This document shows positions 7,787 to 17,301 of a DNA stretch of 64,000 nt, piece by piece (the first letter of the stretch is position 1; every line of letters starts with the position of its first letter). This stretch comes from Campylobacterota bacterium. GTDB taxonomy: Bacteria; Campylobacterota; Campylobacteria; Campylobacterales; Sulfurimonadaceae. Below the pieces are notes generated by a model, which was not told the origin of the DNA, did not search any database, and saw nothing but the letters and a program-made list of their open reading frames with translations. The stretch spans positions 28,194-92,193 of the forward strand of contig JAYEKO010000015.1 of assembly GCA_034661055.1 (NCBI GenBank), written 5' to 3'. Both the position numbers and the translations under genes were made by a program.

Positions 7787-8456
7787 AAAGCCTCTCTATG
7801 ACATTACACCGTTTAGCACGTTAGATTATCCTGATCATCTTGCAGCTATCTTCTGGTTTGCAGGGTGTAATATGCGGTGTGACTACTGTTATAACGCTAA
7901 TATTGTCTTTAGTAAAGGTTCTCTTAGTGCTGATGATGCGCTAACATTTTTAAAACAGCGAACAGGACTGCTCGATGCAGTCGTACTCTCTGGTGGTGAA
8001 GCAACACTTTTTGAAAACATTATAGAGCTTGCTCAACAGATTAAAGAGCTTGGTTTTAAAATTAAACTTGACACTAACGGAACTGCTCCAAAAGTAGTTG
8101 AGACTCTGCTAAAAAAAGAGCTCATTGATTATATTGCGTTAGACTACAAAGCTCCCAAACAGAAGTTTTCTACTATCACTCATAATCAGCAGTTTACATT
8201 TTTTAATTATACGCTTGAACTTCTCATTAATTCAGAGACTCCATTTGAAGTAAGAACGACACTTCATTCGGATCTATTAAATGAGTGCGATATTAACTCT
8301 ATTATTGAAGATTTATATGCTAAAGGCTATCGAAATAGTTACTATATTCAAAACTTTTTGTATGATGAAAATACTATAGGAAAACTAAGTACTCCAACAA
8401 AAGGTTTTGATAAAAATAGACTGAACTCACTTTTACATGTAGAATTTCGAAACTAA
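7728..8456 (+). CDS. nrdG: Anaerobic RNR activating enzyme (radical SAM)
   Basis: YDITPFSTLDYPDHLAAIFWFAGCNMRCDYCYN (CxxxCxxC) and VVLSGGEATL. The track start is TTG at 7728, but GTG at 7776 is more likely because the first ~16 codons overlap the glycyl-radical ORF. Confidence 0.85.
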   Translation: MVKKVNTKSVNSLKRTVQPKKPLYDITPFSTLDYPDHLAAIFWFAGCNMRCDYCYNANIVFSKGSLSADDALTFLKQRTGLLDAVVLSGGEATLFENIIELAQQIKELGFKIKLDTNGTAPKVVETLLKKELIDYIALDYKAPKQKFSTITHNQQFTFFNYTLELLINSETPFEVRTTLHSDLLNECDINSIIEDLYAKGYRNSYYIQNFLYDENTIGKLSTPTKGFDKNRLNSLLHVEFRN

Positions 8457-8860
8457 AAAGCCAAGCTTATTAAATAGTAACGTCCCACTCTTAACGACCC
8501 AACTACTGCAATAAACCATACCACGTTTAATCTGGCCATACCAGCAACAATAGTCAACGGATCACCAATAATGGGTAAAACAGTAAGGGGTAGTGCTGCA
8601 TAGCCATAACGGTGTACCCAATCTAAAGATATTTTCCCAACCTTTGAAAACTCTAGCTTAGTATGCATTTTTTCATAAAGCCAAAAGCCTAAAAAATAAT
8701 TTACAATAACCGCAAATACATTTCCCAACGAAGCACTAATTAGTGCTAAAACAACATTCATATCAGAGGTTAGTGCAGCAATAAAAGCCGCTTCAGAGCT
8801 AAAAGGAAGAATGGTTGCTGCTAAAAAAGCAGCGAAAAAAAGAGCAGTGGCCTCAACCAT
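8453..8860 (-). CDS. YqaA/DedA-like small membrane protein
   Basis: 135 aa with 4 TM. ILPFSSEAAF...GDPLTIVAG is typical of the YqaA (SNARE-associated/DedA-related) family. Confidence 0.65.
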   Translation of the reverse strand: MVEATALFFAAFLAATILPFSSEAAFIAALTSDMNVVLALISASLGNVFAVIVNYFLGFWLYEKMHTKLEFSKVGKISLDWVHRYGYAALPLTVLPIIGDPLTIVAGMARLNVVWFIAVVGSLRVGRYYLISLAF

Positions 8861-9782
8861 CTATGAAAGTTTTAATATTCTCTACAATCTTTGCAATAAG
8901 TGAGTCACGTGCTTCAACAGATGTCCATGCAATATGTGGAGTGATGTAAAGTGCCTCTTGGTTTTTTACATGTAAAAGTGGATGATTCTCTTTCATAGGC
9001 TCAACCTCTAAAACATCAAGCCCCACTTTAATATCTTTTACATCAATAATTCGTGACAATGCCTCTTCATCAACTATTCCGCCACGACCAAGATTAAGTA
9101 AAATAGCACCATCTTTAAGTTGCAGAAGTTCTGATTGAGAGATAAGCCCTTTAGTGTTAGTGTTAAGTGGTGCATGAATGGTAATGATGTCACACGTCTC
9201 AAGCATACTGCTTAAACCAACTTTAGGGTACGTGCTATCGTTATTTTTATATGACGTTGAATAGTAACAGACCTCAGCACCAAAAGCAGTAGCGACGTTA
9301 GCCACCCCTTTACCAATCTCACCTAAACCGATAATACCCCATTTTTTACCTTTTACCTCAAAAAATGGCTTATCCACATGAGTAAAAATTGGACTCTTTG
9401 CCCATGATCCCTCTTTTACATAGTTGTCGTAATAACCTGAACTTCCTGCTAAATAAAAGAGCATTGAAAAGGTGTGCTGAATCACCGACTGTGTTGAGTA
9501 CCCTGCTACATTTTTTACTTCAATATTTTGAGAAGAGGCCGCATCTAAATCTACATTATTCATACCGGTAGCGGCCACACAGATGAGCTTTAGATTTTTA
9601 CATGTAATCATCATCTCTGCAGTTATAACTACTTTGTTAGTTACAATAACATCAGCATTAACAATACGCTCTTGTGTCTCACCGGCAGTTGTTGTCTGAA
9701 AAATCTCTACACTACCAAACTGCTCAAATGCACTAATATCAGTTTCGCCAAATGTGGCTGCATCTAAAATAACAATTTTCAT
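8853..9782 (-). CDS. D-isomer-specific 2-hydroxyacid dehydrogenase (glycerate dehydrogenase-like)
   Basis: NAD fold GIIGLGEIGKGVA, plus LNLGRGGIVDE and PHIAWTS catalytic-region motifs. Confidence 0.85.
   Translation of the reverse strand: MKIVILDAATFGETDISAFEQFGSVEIFQTTTAGETQERIVNADVIVTNKVVITAEMMITCKNLKLICVAATGMNNVDLDAASSQNIEVKNVAGYSTQSVIQHTFSMLFYLAGSSGYYDNYVKEGSWAKSPIFTHVDKPFFEVKGKKWGIIGLGEIGKGVANVATAFGAEVCYYSTSYKNNDSTYPKVGLSSMLETCDIITIHAPLNTNTKGLISQSELLQLKDGAILLNLGRGGIVDEEALSRIIDVKDIKVGLDVLEVEPMKENHPLLHVKNQEALYITPHIAWTSVEARDSLIAKIVENIKTFIDG
8964..8977. repeat. TTTTACATGTAAAA, a 14-bp perfect copy of the over-represented palindrome
   Basis: Read directly; inside the dehydrogenase CDS, where it encodes LLHVKN. 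Confidence 0.9.
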
Positions 9783-10945
9783 TATACGTCTTTTATTTTT
9801 TTAATAAGCTCTTTAGATTGCGCCAAAGCACTCTCAACTTCATCAAACACAAGCGCTACAGCCAATCTACGTCCTACATGGGCTTCTGGTTTTGAGAAGA
9901 CTCTCACATAGCTATTATCGCTAAAGAGTGAATCATCTACTTCTACCACTGGGGCCTGAGAACTCACTTCTGATTTAAAGGCAGCACTCGCACCATCACC
10001 ATAGAATGTAAAGCCTAACGGAAGTCCAAGAACTGCACGAACATGAAGCGCAAACTCACTCTGACTCTGAGTAATGAGTGTTACCATTCCTGTATCGTGT
10101 GGGCGTGGGCTGAGTTCTGAGAAATAGACTTCATCACCACAAACAAACATCTCTACACCAAAAAGGCCACTACCTCCAAGTCCATCAGTTACGGTTTTAG
10201 CCATAACTTGTGCGCGATCTTTTGCAATGTCACTCATCTGCATCGGCTGCCAGCTAAAAACATAGTCTCCATCTTTTTGGATGTGTCCAATAGGCTCACA
10301 AAAGACCGTCTCTTTCTCATTTCGAACCGTTAACAGTGTAATCTCATAGTCAAATTTAATAAAAGCTTCTACAATCAACTCACTAGCATCACCGCGAGCC
10401 TCTTTTGCAATTTCCCATGATGCTGCCAAGTCATCAGTGCTTTTTGCCACACTCTGACCATGACCAGAACTACTCATAACCGGTTTAATAACACAAGGAA
10501 AATCTAATCTATCTGCAGCGCTACAGAGCTCTTCATAAGTAGATACAAACTCATAACCACCTGTTTTAACCCCTAACTCTTCTGCTGCAAAACGTCGAAT
10601 ATTTTTACGGTTCATTGTTTTATTTACCGCTTCAGCATTAGGAATAACATTAAACCCCTCTGCCTCTGCTTTAAAAAGAGCATCTATACTAATGGCTTCA
10701 ATCTCTGGCAGAATATAATCAGGTTTTTCATGACGAATAATCTCTAAAATTGCTTCACAGTCTTGCATATTGACTACATGAGAACGGTTAGCCACTAAAT
10801 GAGCTGGAGCATTTTCATAACGGTCAACTGCGATGACTTCAAGACCGAGACGCTGTGCCTCAATGGCAACCTCTTTTCCAAGCTCTCCTGAGCCTAAAAG
10901 CATAATCCGTTTTGAGTTACTTTTTAATGGTGCTGAAAATTGCAT
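9782..10945 (-). CDS. purT: Formate-dependent phosphoribosylglycinamide formyltransferase (GAR transformylase 2)
   Basis: [34 protein letters not shown] and an ATP-grasp core; length 387 aa. Confidence 0.9.
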   Translation of the reverse strand: MQFSAPLKSNSKRIMLLGSGELGKEVAIEAQRLGLEVIAVDRYENAPAHLVANRSHVVNMQDCEAILEIIRHEKPDYILPEIEAISIDALFKAEAEGFNVIPNAEAVNKTMNRKNIRRFAAEELGVKTGGYEFVSTYEELCSAADRLDFPCVIKPVMSSSGHGQSVAKSTDDLAASWEIAKEARGDASELIVEAFIKFDYEITLLTVRNEKETVFCEPIGHIQKDGDYVFSWQPMQMSDIAKDRAQVMAKTVTDGLGGSGLFGVEMFVCGDEVYFSELSPRPHDTGMVTLITQSQSEFALHVRAVLGLPLGFTFYGDGASAAFKSEVSSQAPVVEVDDSLFSDNSYVRVFSKPEAHVGRRLAVALVFDEVESALAQSKELIKKIKDV

Positions 10946-11053
10946 ACCTGTCCTTGTAAAATATAAGTTTGTAATTATATCGAGGAATCTTTAAAGGATT
11001 ACTTTTAATTTCTACCTCTTTTCTTACGTTTTTTTTTGATTATATAGATAATT

Positions 11054-11074
11054 TATAATATATAATATATAATT
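11054..11074 (+). promoter_or_regulatory. Three tandem TATAAT(A/T) heptamers (candidate -10 cluster), preceded by a T9 tract
   Basis: TATAATA TATAATA TATAATT at 11054-11074, 30 nt upstream of the ATG at 11105. T9 tract at 11029-11037. Confidence 0.3.
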
Positions 11075-11104
11075 GTTAGTATTAGACTATCACTAGGAGT
11101 TCCC

Positions 11105-11917
11105 ATGAAAAAGTTACATGTTCTTGGTTTATCCATATTAGTTGTTCTGCTATCAGCTTGCTCAACAAAAGATTACAATCGTTTTAATAAAAATGTTGAG
11201 GAAGAAACTGTTGTTAAGGAGCTATCTGATAGACAATATAACAGTGAAGCACTCTTTGAGTGGAAAATCAGAAAGGGTGATCGCGTTGAAATCACTGCCT
11301 TTAACCAGTCCTCTACTGGCTCAGGTACATTAAGTCAACTTTTAAGCACAGGTGGTCAACGTAATGACACTAATCGTGTTGGTGATGAAGGCATGCTTAT
11401 TCTTTCAAGTGGTCAAGTCAATTTACCTCTTGTAGGGCTTGTTAAAATCAGTGGCCTGACTGAGACTGAAGCGGCGGAAAAATTAATTAAAGAGTATAAA
11501 AAATACCTTCGTAACCCTTATGTCGCAGTCAAAATTCTTAATCAGAGGCTTTTTGTTTTAGGCGAAGTTAGAAGTCCAGGTACCCTTCTTGTCACCAATG
11601 GGACTATGACTTTATTTGAAGCACTTGCAAGTAGCGGCGATATTACGGATCAAGCAAAACGCACTAATATTAAAATTATACGTGGAAGTTTACGTAATCC
11701 TGAAATACGTGAAGTTGATTTGACAGATTTAAATTCCATTCGCTACAACAGTCTAATATTACAACCAAATGATATTGTCTATGTTGATGCTCGAGACGCT
11801 AAAGGCTCAAACGTTGCTATTGCAGAAGAGATGCCATTATTACAGTTAATTTCTGCTATCTTAAACCCATTTACTCAAGCAGCTATTATCAATGATGGAT
11901 TTGATTTAAATAACTAA
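11105..11917 (+). CDS. Polysaccharide export outer-membrane lipoprotein (Wza/KpsD-like Poly_export + SLBB)
   Basis: Lipobox LLSAC. PLVGLVKISGLTETEAAEKL...NPYVAVKI...VLGEVRSPG is typical of the polysaccharide export family. Confidence 0.75.
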   Translation: MKKLHVLGLSILVVLLSACSTKDYNRFNKNVEEETVVKELSDRQYNSEALFEWKIRKGDRVEITAFNQSSTGSGTLSQLLSTGGQRNDTNRVGDEGMLILSSGQVNLPLVGLVKISGLTETEAAEKLIKEYKKYLRNPYVAVKILNQRLFVLGEVRSPGTLLVTNGTMTLFEALASSGDITDQAKRTNIKIIRGSLRNPEIREVDLTDLNSIRYNSLILQPNDIVYVDARDAKGSNVAIAEEMPLLQLISAILNPFTQAAIINDGFDLNN

Positions 11918-11938
11918 CAGCTCTAATAGCTGTTAGTT
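11912..11938. terminator. Bidirectional hairpin spanning both stop codons of the convergent genes
   Basis: AACTAACAGCT (11912-11922), loop CTAAT, AGCTGTTAGTT (11928-11938): a perfect 11-bp stem. Confidence 0.55.
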
Positions 11939-13108
11939 ATCACTATTAAAGATATCTCTTGTGTAGACCTTTTCTTGCACGTCAAGTAGTTCTTCAGAGA
12001 GTCTGTTGGCTACTATAACATCACTGAGTATTTTAAACTCAGCTAGGTTTTTAATGACTTTTGAGCGAAAAAACTCCTCTTCTTCAAGTACTGGTTCATA
12101 AATAATAACTTTGATGCCTTTAGCTTTAATGCGCTTCATAATTCCCTGAATAGCAGAGGCTCTAAAGTTATCACTTCCACTTTTCATAACCAGCCTGTAA
12201 ATACCAACAACTTTTGGATTTCTATCTATAATGCTCTTGGCAATAAAATCTTTTCGTGTTGTATTTGCTTCTACTATGGCGCCTATTAAACTATTGGGAA
12301 CATCTTTGTAGTTTGCGCGTAGCTGCTTAGTGTCTTTTGGCAAACAGTAGCCTCCATAGCCAAAAGAAGGGTTATTGTAATGATTTCCAATTCTAGGGTC
12401 AAGTCCAACACCCTCAATAATCTGCTTGGTGTCTAATCCTTGTGATGCTGCATAGGAGTCTAACTCATTAAAATAAGATACTCTCATCGCTAAGTAGGTA
12501 TTTGAAAATAGTTTCACAGCTTCTGCTTCAGTGGAGTCGGTAAAAAGTGTATCTATATCCTCTTTAATAGCACCCTCAGCTAATAGCTTGGCAAAGGTTT
12601 CGGCCCGCTCGGATTTTTCACCTACAATAATTCGTGATGGGTAAAGATTATCATAAAGTGCTTTTCCTTCTCTAAGAAACTCAGGGGAGAAGATGAGATT
12701 ATTGGTATCTAATTCTTTACTAATCTGTTTTGTAAAACCAACAGGTACAGTTGACTTAATAACCATTGTTGCATCAGGATTAATCTGCATAACATCTTTA
12801 ATTACGCGCTCCACTAACGATGTGTCAAAATAGTGTGTCTGTGTATCATAATCAGTTGGTGTTGCAATAATGACATACTCAGCACCACTATAAGCTTCAT
12901 TTTTATCTAATGTTGCTTTGAAGTTTAAAGGCTTGTTCGCTAAATACTCTTGTATCTCTGTATCTTCTATGGGGGACTCTTTTTGGTTAAGCATCTCTAC
13001 TTTTTTACCAATGACATCTAATGCTATGACCTCATTATGTTGTGCTAATAGTATTCCATTTGAGAGACCGACATACCCTGTTCCTGCTATGGCTATTTTC
13101 ATATTCAA
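11933..13108 (-). CDS. ugd: UDP-glucose 6-dehydrogenase
   Basis: [16 protein letters not shown] Rossmann motif and the [10 protein letters not shown] catalytic Cys motif. Confidence 0.9.
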   Translation of the reverse strand: MNMKIAIAGTGYVGLSNGILLAQHNEVIALDVIGKKVEMLNQKESPIEDTEIQEYLANKPLNFKATLDKNEAYSGAEYVIIATPTDYDTQTHYFDTSLVERVIKDVMQINPDATMVIKSTVPVGFTKQISKELDTNNLIFSPEFLREGKALYDNLYPSRIIVGEKSERAETFAKLLAEGAIKEDIDTLFTDSTEAEAVKLFSNTYLAMRVSYFNELDSYAASQGLDTKQIIEGVGLDPRIGNHYNNPSFGYGGYCLPKDTKQLRANYKDVPNSLIGAIVEANTTRKDFIAKSIIDRNPKVVGIYRLVMKSGSDNFRASAIQGIMKRIKAKGIKVIIYEPVLEEEEFFRSKVIKNLAEFKILSDVIVANRLSEELLDVQEKVYTRDIFNSDN

Positions 13109-14310
13109 CTCTCCTTTAGCTTCTCTTTTAAAATAATTTTCCCTGCTTCAACACCTGGTTGATCATAGGTGTTAATTTGAACAAATTTTCCTACAATTGA
13201 GGTTAGTAACTGGTAGTTAAACATCAGTTTAGCAATGTTATATTCATCCTGTTTGTCAATAGTAATAACATCACAAGGGATATCTTTTAGGTCTTGTATG
13301 GCCTTTATAGTTGCATCTGCTTGATGCGCTATTAGTTGTGAAAACTCCAAACCATCTATGTACTCTAAGTCATCAAAACCAGTTAGCGTTCCTGATGGTA
13401 TAACTGTAGTGTCTTGGAAGTCGTCAATTTTAATAAAGGTAACGGTTTTATCTCTCATACCCTCTGCTATGAGTTGTAAAAAACTGTGCTGATCTACTGG
13501 TCCAATCAGGCCGATAGGCGTGAGTGCCTGACGTGTTTGATTTACATTAAACTTTCCTAAACTCTCACCCCAGAGCTGTACATACCACTTGTTAAAGCCC
13601 TCTAATGCTGTTGAGTAGCTAAAAAGGACATTGATGTTAAATCGGTACTTGTTTTCTACCATAAACCTTGCTTTTTCCATCGTTAGTTTATAATATTCAC
13701 CTTTAGAGAAGAAGTTCTCTTTTACCTCTTTCGCCCCTGATAATAGTTTGTCAATATCGACCCCAACAATAGCCAAAGGCAGCAGTCCTACCGCTGAAAA
13801 TACAGAGAACCTTCCACCTATATTTTTTGGTATTTCAAATGTTTTTATTTTATGTTTTAAAGCATAAGAGGTTAGTTTACTCTCTTTCTCACTTACAACA
13901 ACACAGTTTGATTTGTCTATAGTTACCTGCGCACTTAAATACTTAAAAATACTTATCGTCTCTATTGTCGTTCCCGATTTGCTAACGATAATGAAGCGTG
14001 TATCATTTAAATCTAATCTACTCACTTTTGACTTAATATCAATAGGGTCAGTGGATTCAAAAAAATCTAAATATTTACTGTAGTTGTTTGATTTTTTAAG
14101 AAAATCATAAATAGCAATTGTCCCAAGCGTACTTCCGCCAATTCCAATAACAGCAATATGTTTTTGTGTGACTGTTTTTGCAAACTCTTTAATAGATGTA
14201 GTATCCTGTAGAGGTAAATTATAATAACCCACATCTTGAACCTCATCTTCTACTGATTTAAAAATACTCTCATTTGACTTAATTTGGTAAAAGTTTCTAC
14301 TATATTGCAT
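13105..14310 (-). CDS. pgi: Glucose-6-phosphate isomerase (short bacterial type)
   Basis: [19 protein letters not shown] and [17 protein letters not shown]-domain motifs. The stop overlaps the ugd start (ATGA). Confidence 0.85.
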   Translation of the reverse strand: MQYSRNFYQIKSNESIFKSVEDEVQDVGYYNLPLQDTTSIKEFAKTVTQKHIAVIGIGGSTLGTIAIYDFLKKSNNYSKYLDFFESTDPIDIKSKVSRLDLNDTRFIIVSKSGTTIETISIFKYLSAQVTIDKSNCVVVSEKESKLTSYALKHKIKTFEIPKNIGGRFSVFSAVGLLPLAIVGVDIDKLLSGAKEVKENFFSKGEYYKLTMEKARFMVENKYRFNINVLFSYSTALEGFNKWYVQLWGESLGKFNVNQTRQALTPIGLIGPVDQHSFLQLIAEGMRDKTVTFIKIDDFQDTTVIPSGTLTGFDDLEYIDGLEFSQLIAHQADATIKAIQDLKDIPCDVITIDKQDEYNIAKLMFNYQLLTSIVGKFVQINTYDQPGVEAGKIILKEKLKES

Positions 14311-14326
14311 TTAAGACTCCTAAATC

Positions 14327-15181
14327 CTAACTCTTTTTTTCATAAAAATAGTTAGTCGCTTCAACAAACCCATCAACTGAACCACAGTCAAAACGTCTTC
14401 CTTCAAATTTATAGGCCAATACTTTACCTTGCTTTGCTAAGGTTAAAAGAGCATCTGTAATCTGGATTTCACCACCTTTGCCTGGCTTTGTCTCCTCAAG
14501 AACATCAAAAATCTCTGGTATTAAGATATATCTTCCAATAATAGCTAAATTACTGGGAGCATCTTTTGGGTCTGGCTTTTCTACCATGTTATTAACTTGA
14601 AAAAGATTAGGTGCAATCTCCTCTCCTGCAATAACACCATATTTATTAGTCTGCTCTTTAGGAACTTCTTCTATTGCAACAATACAGCAATCAGAATACT
14701 TCTCATAAATATCAATCATTTGGCTTAAAACAGCTTTGCCGCCATTATCACACAAGTCATCTGCTAAAATAACTGCAAATGGCTCTTCTCCTATAAGTGT
14801 ATGACCTGTTAATATCGCATGACCAAGACCTTTCATCTCTACTTGCCTTGTATAGCTAAAAGTATATTGGCTGACAATATCTCTAACTTCTGTCATCAAG
14901 CACTCTTTTGAGGTGCCATCTATCTGATGTTCTAGCTCATAAGACCTATCAAAATGGTCTTCAATAGCCCGCTTTCCACGACCTGTAACAATAGCCATAG
15001 TATCTATTCCCGCTTCAATAGCCTCTTCTACACCATACTGAAGTAACGGTTTAGTCAATACAGGTAGCATCTCTTTAGGAATCGCTTTAGTTGCTGGTAA
15101 AAACCGTGTTCCATACCCTGCTGCCGGAAATAGGCATTTCACTATGCTATGGTCTTCTTTTCTACGCTTCAAATTACTCAT
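14327..15181 (-). CDS. galU: UTP--glucose-1-phosphate uridylyltransferase
   Basis: FPAAGYGTRFLPATKAIPKEMLPV and VEKP motifs. I chose the internal ATG at 15181 (MSNLKRRK) over the track GTG at 15211. Confidence 0.9.
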   Translation of the reverse strand: MSNLKRRKEDHSIVKCLFPAAGYGTRFLPATKAIPKEMLPVLTKPLLQYGVEEAIEAGIDTMAIVTGRGKRAIEDHFDRSYELEHQIDGTSKECLMTEVRDIVSQYTFSYTRQVEMKGLGHAILTGHTLIGEEPFAVILADDLCDNGGKAVLSQMIDIYEKYSDCCIVAIEEVPKEQTNKYGVIAGEEIAPNLFQVNNMVEKPDPKDAPSNLAIIGRYILIPEIFDVLEETKPGKGGEIQITDALLTLAKQGKVLAYKFEGRRFDCGSVDGFVEATNYFYEKKS

Positions 15182-15331
15182 AACTACCCCATGTACTATT
15201 TTAAAATTCACTCTAAATTAAAATATTTCTATTTATGTAAAAGAATAGCATAAAATAAATCATGACATAATGAATCTGTTAGTTTAAAGAAAAAGTAGAA
15301 AGAAGTAGTGGTTAATAAGAGAGGGTAACAA

Positions 15332-15348
15332 CTTGCCCGAAGGCTAAG
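15332..15348 (-). terminator. Short hairpin with a TTCG loop downstream of rpsU
   Basis: Minus strand reads CTTAGCC-TTCG-GGCAAG, followed by a T-rich stretch. The stem is imperfect, with one bulge. Confidence 0.35.
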
Positions 15349-15351
15349 TTA

Positions 15352-15564
15352 TTACAGACGTGATTCGTAACGTCTCATCATATAAAGACGTTTAAGCATT
15401 TTCTTACGAGCTGAAATTTTCTGCTTCTTGCGCTTTTCAGTTTCTGTTTCGTGGAAACGACGAGCACGTGCTTCAGTAACAATCAGATTACGATCTGTCT
15501 GTTTTTTGAAACGACGGTAAGAGGCATCAAAGTTATCATCATGACGTAGTACAATACCTGGCAT
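15352..15564 (-). CDS. rpsU: 30S ribosomal protein S21
   Basis: [22 protein letters not shown]...YESRL; 70 aa, canonical S21. Confidence 0.95.
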   Translation of the reverse strand: MPGIVLRHDDNFDASYRRFKKQTDRNLIVTEARARRFHETETEKRKKQKISARKKMLKRLYMMRRYESRL

Positions 15565-15648
15565 TCACATCACCTACTTTCTGTTAAAATTTTTAGGACC
15601 GAATTATAGCCAAATAAATTTCAAAGTACAAGTCAGTTATAATTCCTT

Positions 15649-17295
15649 ATGATTGCAGCAGACTCCATTGAAGGGCTAAAGGCCCGGCTTGATATTGTTG
15701 ATGTTATTGGCGGCTACATTGAGCTGCGAAAAGCGGGGGCAAACCATAAGGGAAATTGCCCTTTTCATGATGAAAAAACACCCAGTTTTGTAGTCAGTCC
15801 ACAAAAACAAATCTACCACTGTTTTGGCTGTGGTGCCGGCGGAGACAGCATTAAGTTTGTTATGGAGCATGACAAGCTCAGCTACCCTGAAGCTATCGAA
15901 AAACTGGCAGACTCATGTAACTATACGCTCTCCTACACTAAAGGTACTCAAAAAAAGACCGATACAAAGATTATTGAATCTCTAAATGGATGGTATCAGA
16001 CACTTTTAGAAAAAAACATCACTGCTAAATCCTACTTAGTTGAACGTGGGATTTATGCCTCTTCAATTGAGCGCTTTGGTATTGGTTATGCTCCCTCTTC
16101 AAACGATACACTCAACTATTTAAAAAGTAATATGTACAATATGACAGAAGCCATTGAGCTAGGTGTAGTTGGTAGTGGCGAGAACAATATTTATGCCCGT
16201 TTTATTGAACGTATTACCTTTCCGATCTATGCAGCAAATGGTACTGCTGTAGGTTTTGGAGGACGGACAATCAGTGGACACTCTGCCAAATATGTCAACT
16301 CTCCGCAAACCAAACTGTTTAATAAATCACGTCTTCTTTATGCTTATGATGTAGCTAAGGATGCCATCTACAAAAAAAGCGAGATGATTGTAACCGAGGG
16401 CTATCTTGATGTCATAATGCTCCATCAGGCAGGCTTTAACAATGCCGTAGCAACACTTGGAACGGCTTTAACACCTGAACATCTGCCGCTACTGCGTAAA
16501 GGTGACCCACGCATCATTATGGCCTATGATGGAGATAATGCCGGAATAGCTGCAGCACTGAAAGCAGCTAAGCTTTTAAGTGCTGCCGGATTTGATGGGG
16601 GTGTGGTTATTTTTGCAGAGGGAGTTGACCCTGCTGATATGGTAAAAAATGGAAAAATTGAGGAGTTAAACACCCTCTTTCGTTCGGCAAAGCCTTTTAT
16701 TGAGTTTGTTCTTGATTTAGGAATTGGTCAATACGATTTAAGCAATCCCAAAGAGAAAGAGAAAGCGATGCATGAGGGAGTGGGCTACCTAAAAACACTC
16801 TCACCACTGCTACAAGAGGAGTATAAAAACTACTTTTCATCCAGACTTGGGCTCTCTCCATCACTCATTAAGATCTCTGCTCAGACTCAAAATAGCAGCA
16901 CTACTGCACCTGTTAGCAACTATGGTGATGCGTGGGAGCGCAGTTTAATTAAAACAGCCGTAGAAAACCCCCAGTACATTAACCAGATTGTCGACTCTTT
17001 TAGCAGTTCACTGCTTCAGCATCATGCTAATGAGCTCGAACTTGTTCTGCGTGGGCAACTTGATGACCCACGAGTCATGGCTATTGTCATAGATGATAAG
17101 AACCCAAGTTTTAAAGATACACAACATCTTAACGACAATCTAATCTTTTTTCTTAGAAACCACTATGAAAAAGCTCTAAAACAGGTAAAATTTCAACAAG
17201 AGTTACCACTAGATAAAAAATCTTTTCTTATACGATCATACAGAAATAAAATTGCAAAATTAAAACGGGGCGAGTTAGTACCCTATGAAGGATAA
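15649..17295 (+). CDS. dnaG: DNA primase
   Basis: Zn finger CPFHDEKTPSF...YHCFGCGAGGD and TOPRIM VTEGYLDVI...YDGDNAG. Confidence 0.95.
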   Translation: MIAADSIEGLKARLDIVDVIGGYIELRKAGANHKGNCPFHDEKTPSFVVSPQKQIYHCFGCGAGGDSIKFVMEHDKLSYPEAIEKLADSCNYTLSYTKGTQKKTDTKIIESLNGWYQTLLEKNITAKSYLVERGIYASSIERFGIGYAPSSNDTLNYLKSNMYNMTEAIELGVVGSGENNIYARFIERITFPIYAANGTAVGFGGRTISGHSAKYVNSPQTKLFNKSRLLYAYDVAKDAIYKKSEMIVTEGYLDVIMLHQAGFNNAVATLGTALTPEHLPLLRKGDPRIIMAYDGDNAGIAAALKAAKLLSAAGFDGGVVIFAEGVDPADMVKNGKIEELNTLFRSAKPFIEFVLDLGIGQYDLSNPKEKEKAMHEGVGYLKTLSPLLQEEYKNYFSSRLGLSPSLIKISAQTQNSSTTAPVSNYGDAWERSLIKTAVENPQYINQIVDSFSSSLLQHHANELELVLRGQLDDPRVMAIVIDDKNPSFKDTQHLNDNLIFFLRNHYEKALKQVKFQQELPLDKKSFLIRSYRNKIAKLKRGELVPYEG

Positions 17296-17301
17296 TAATT
17301 T

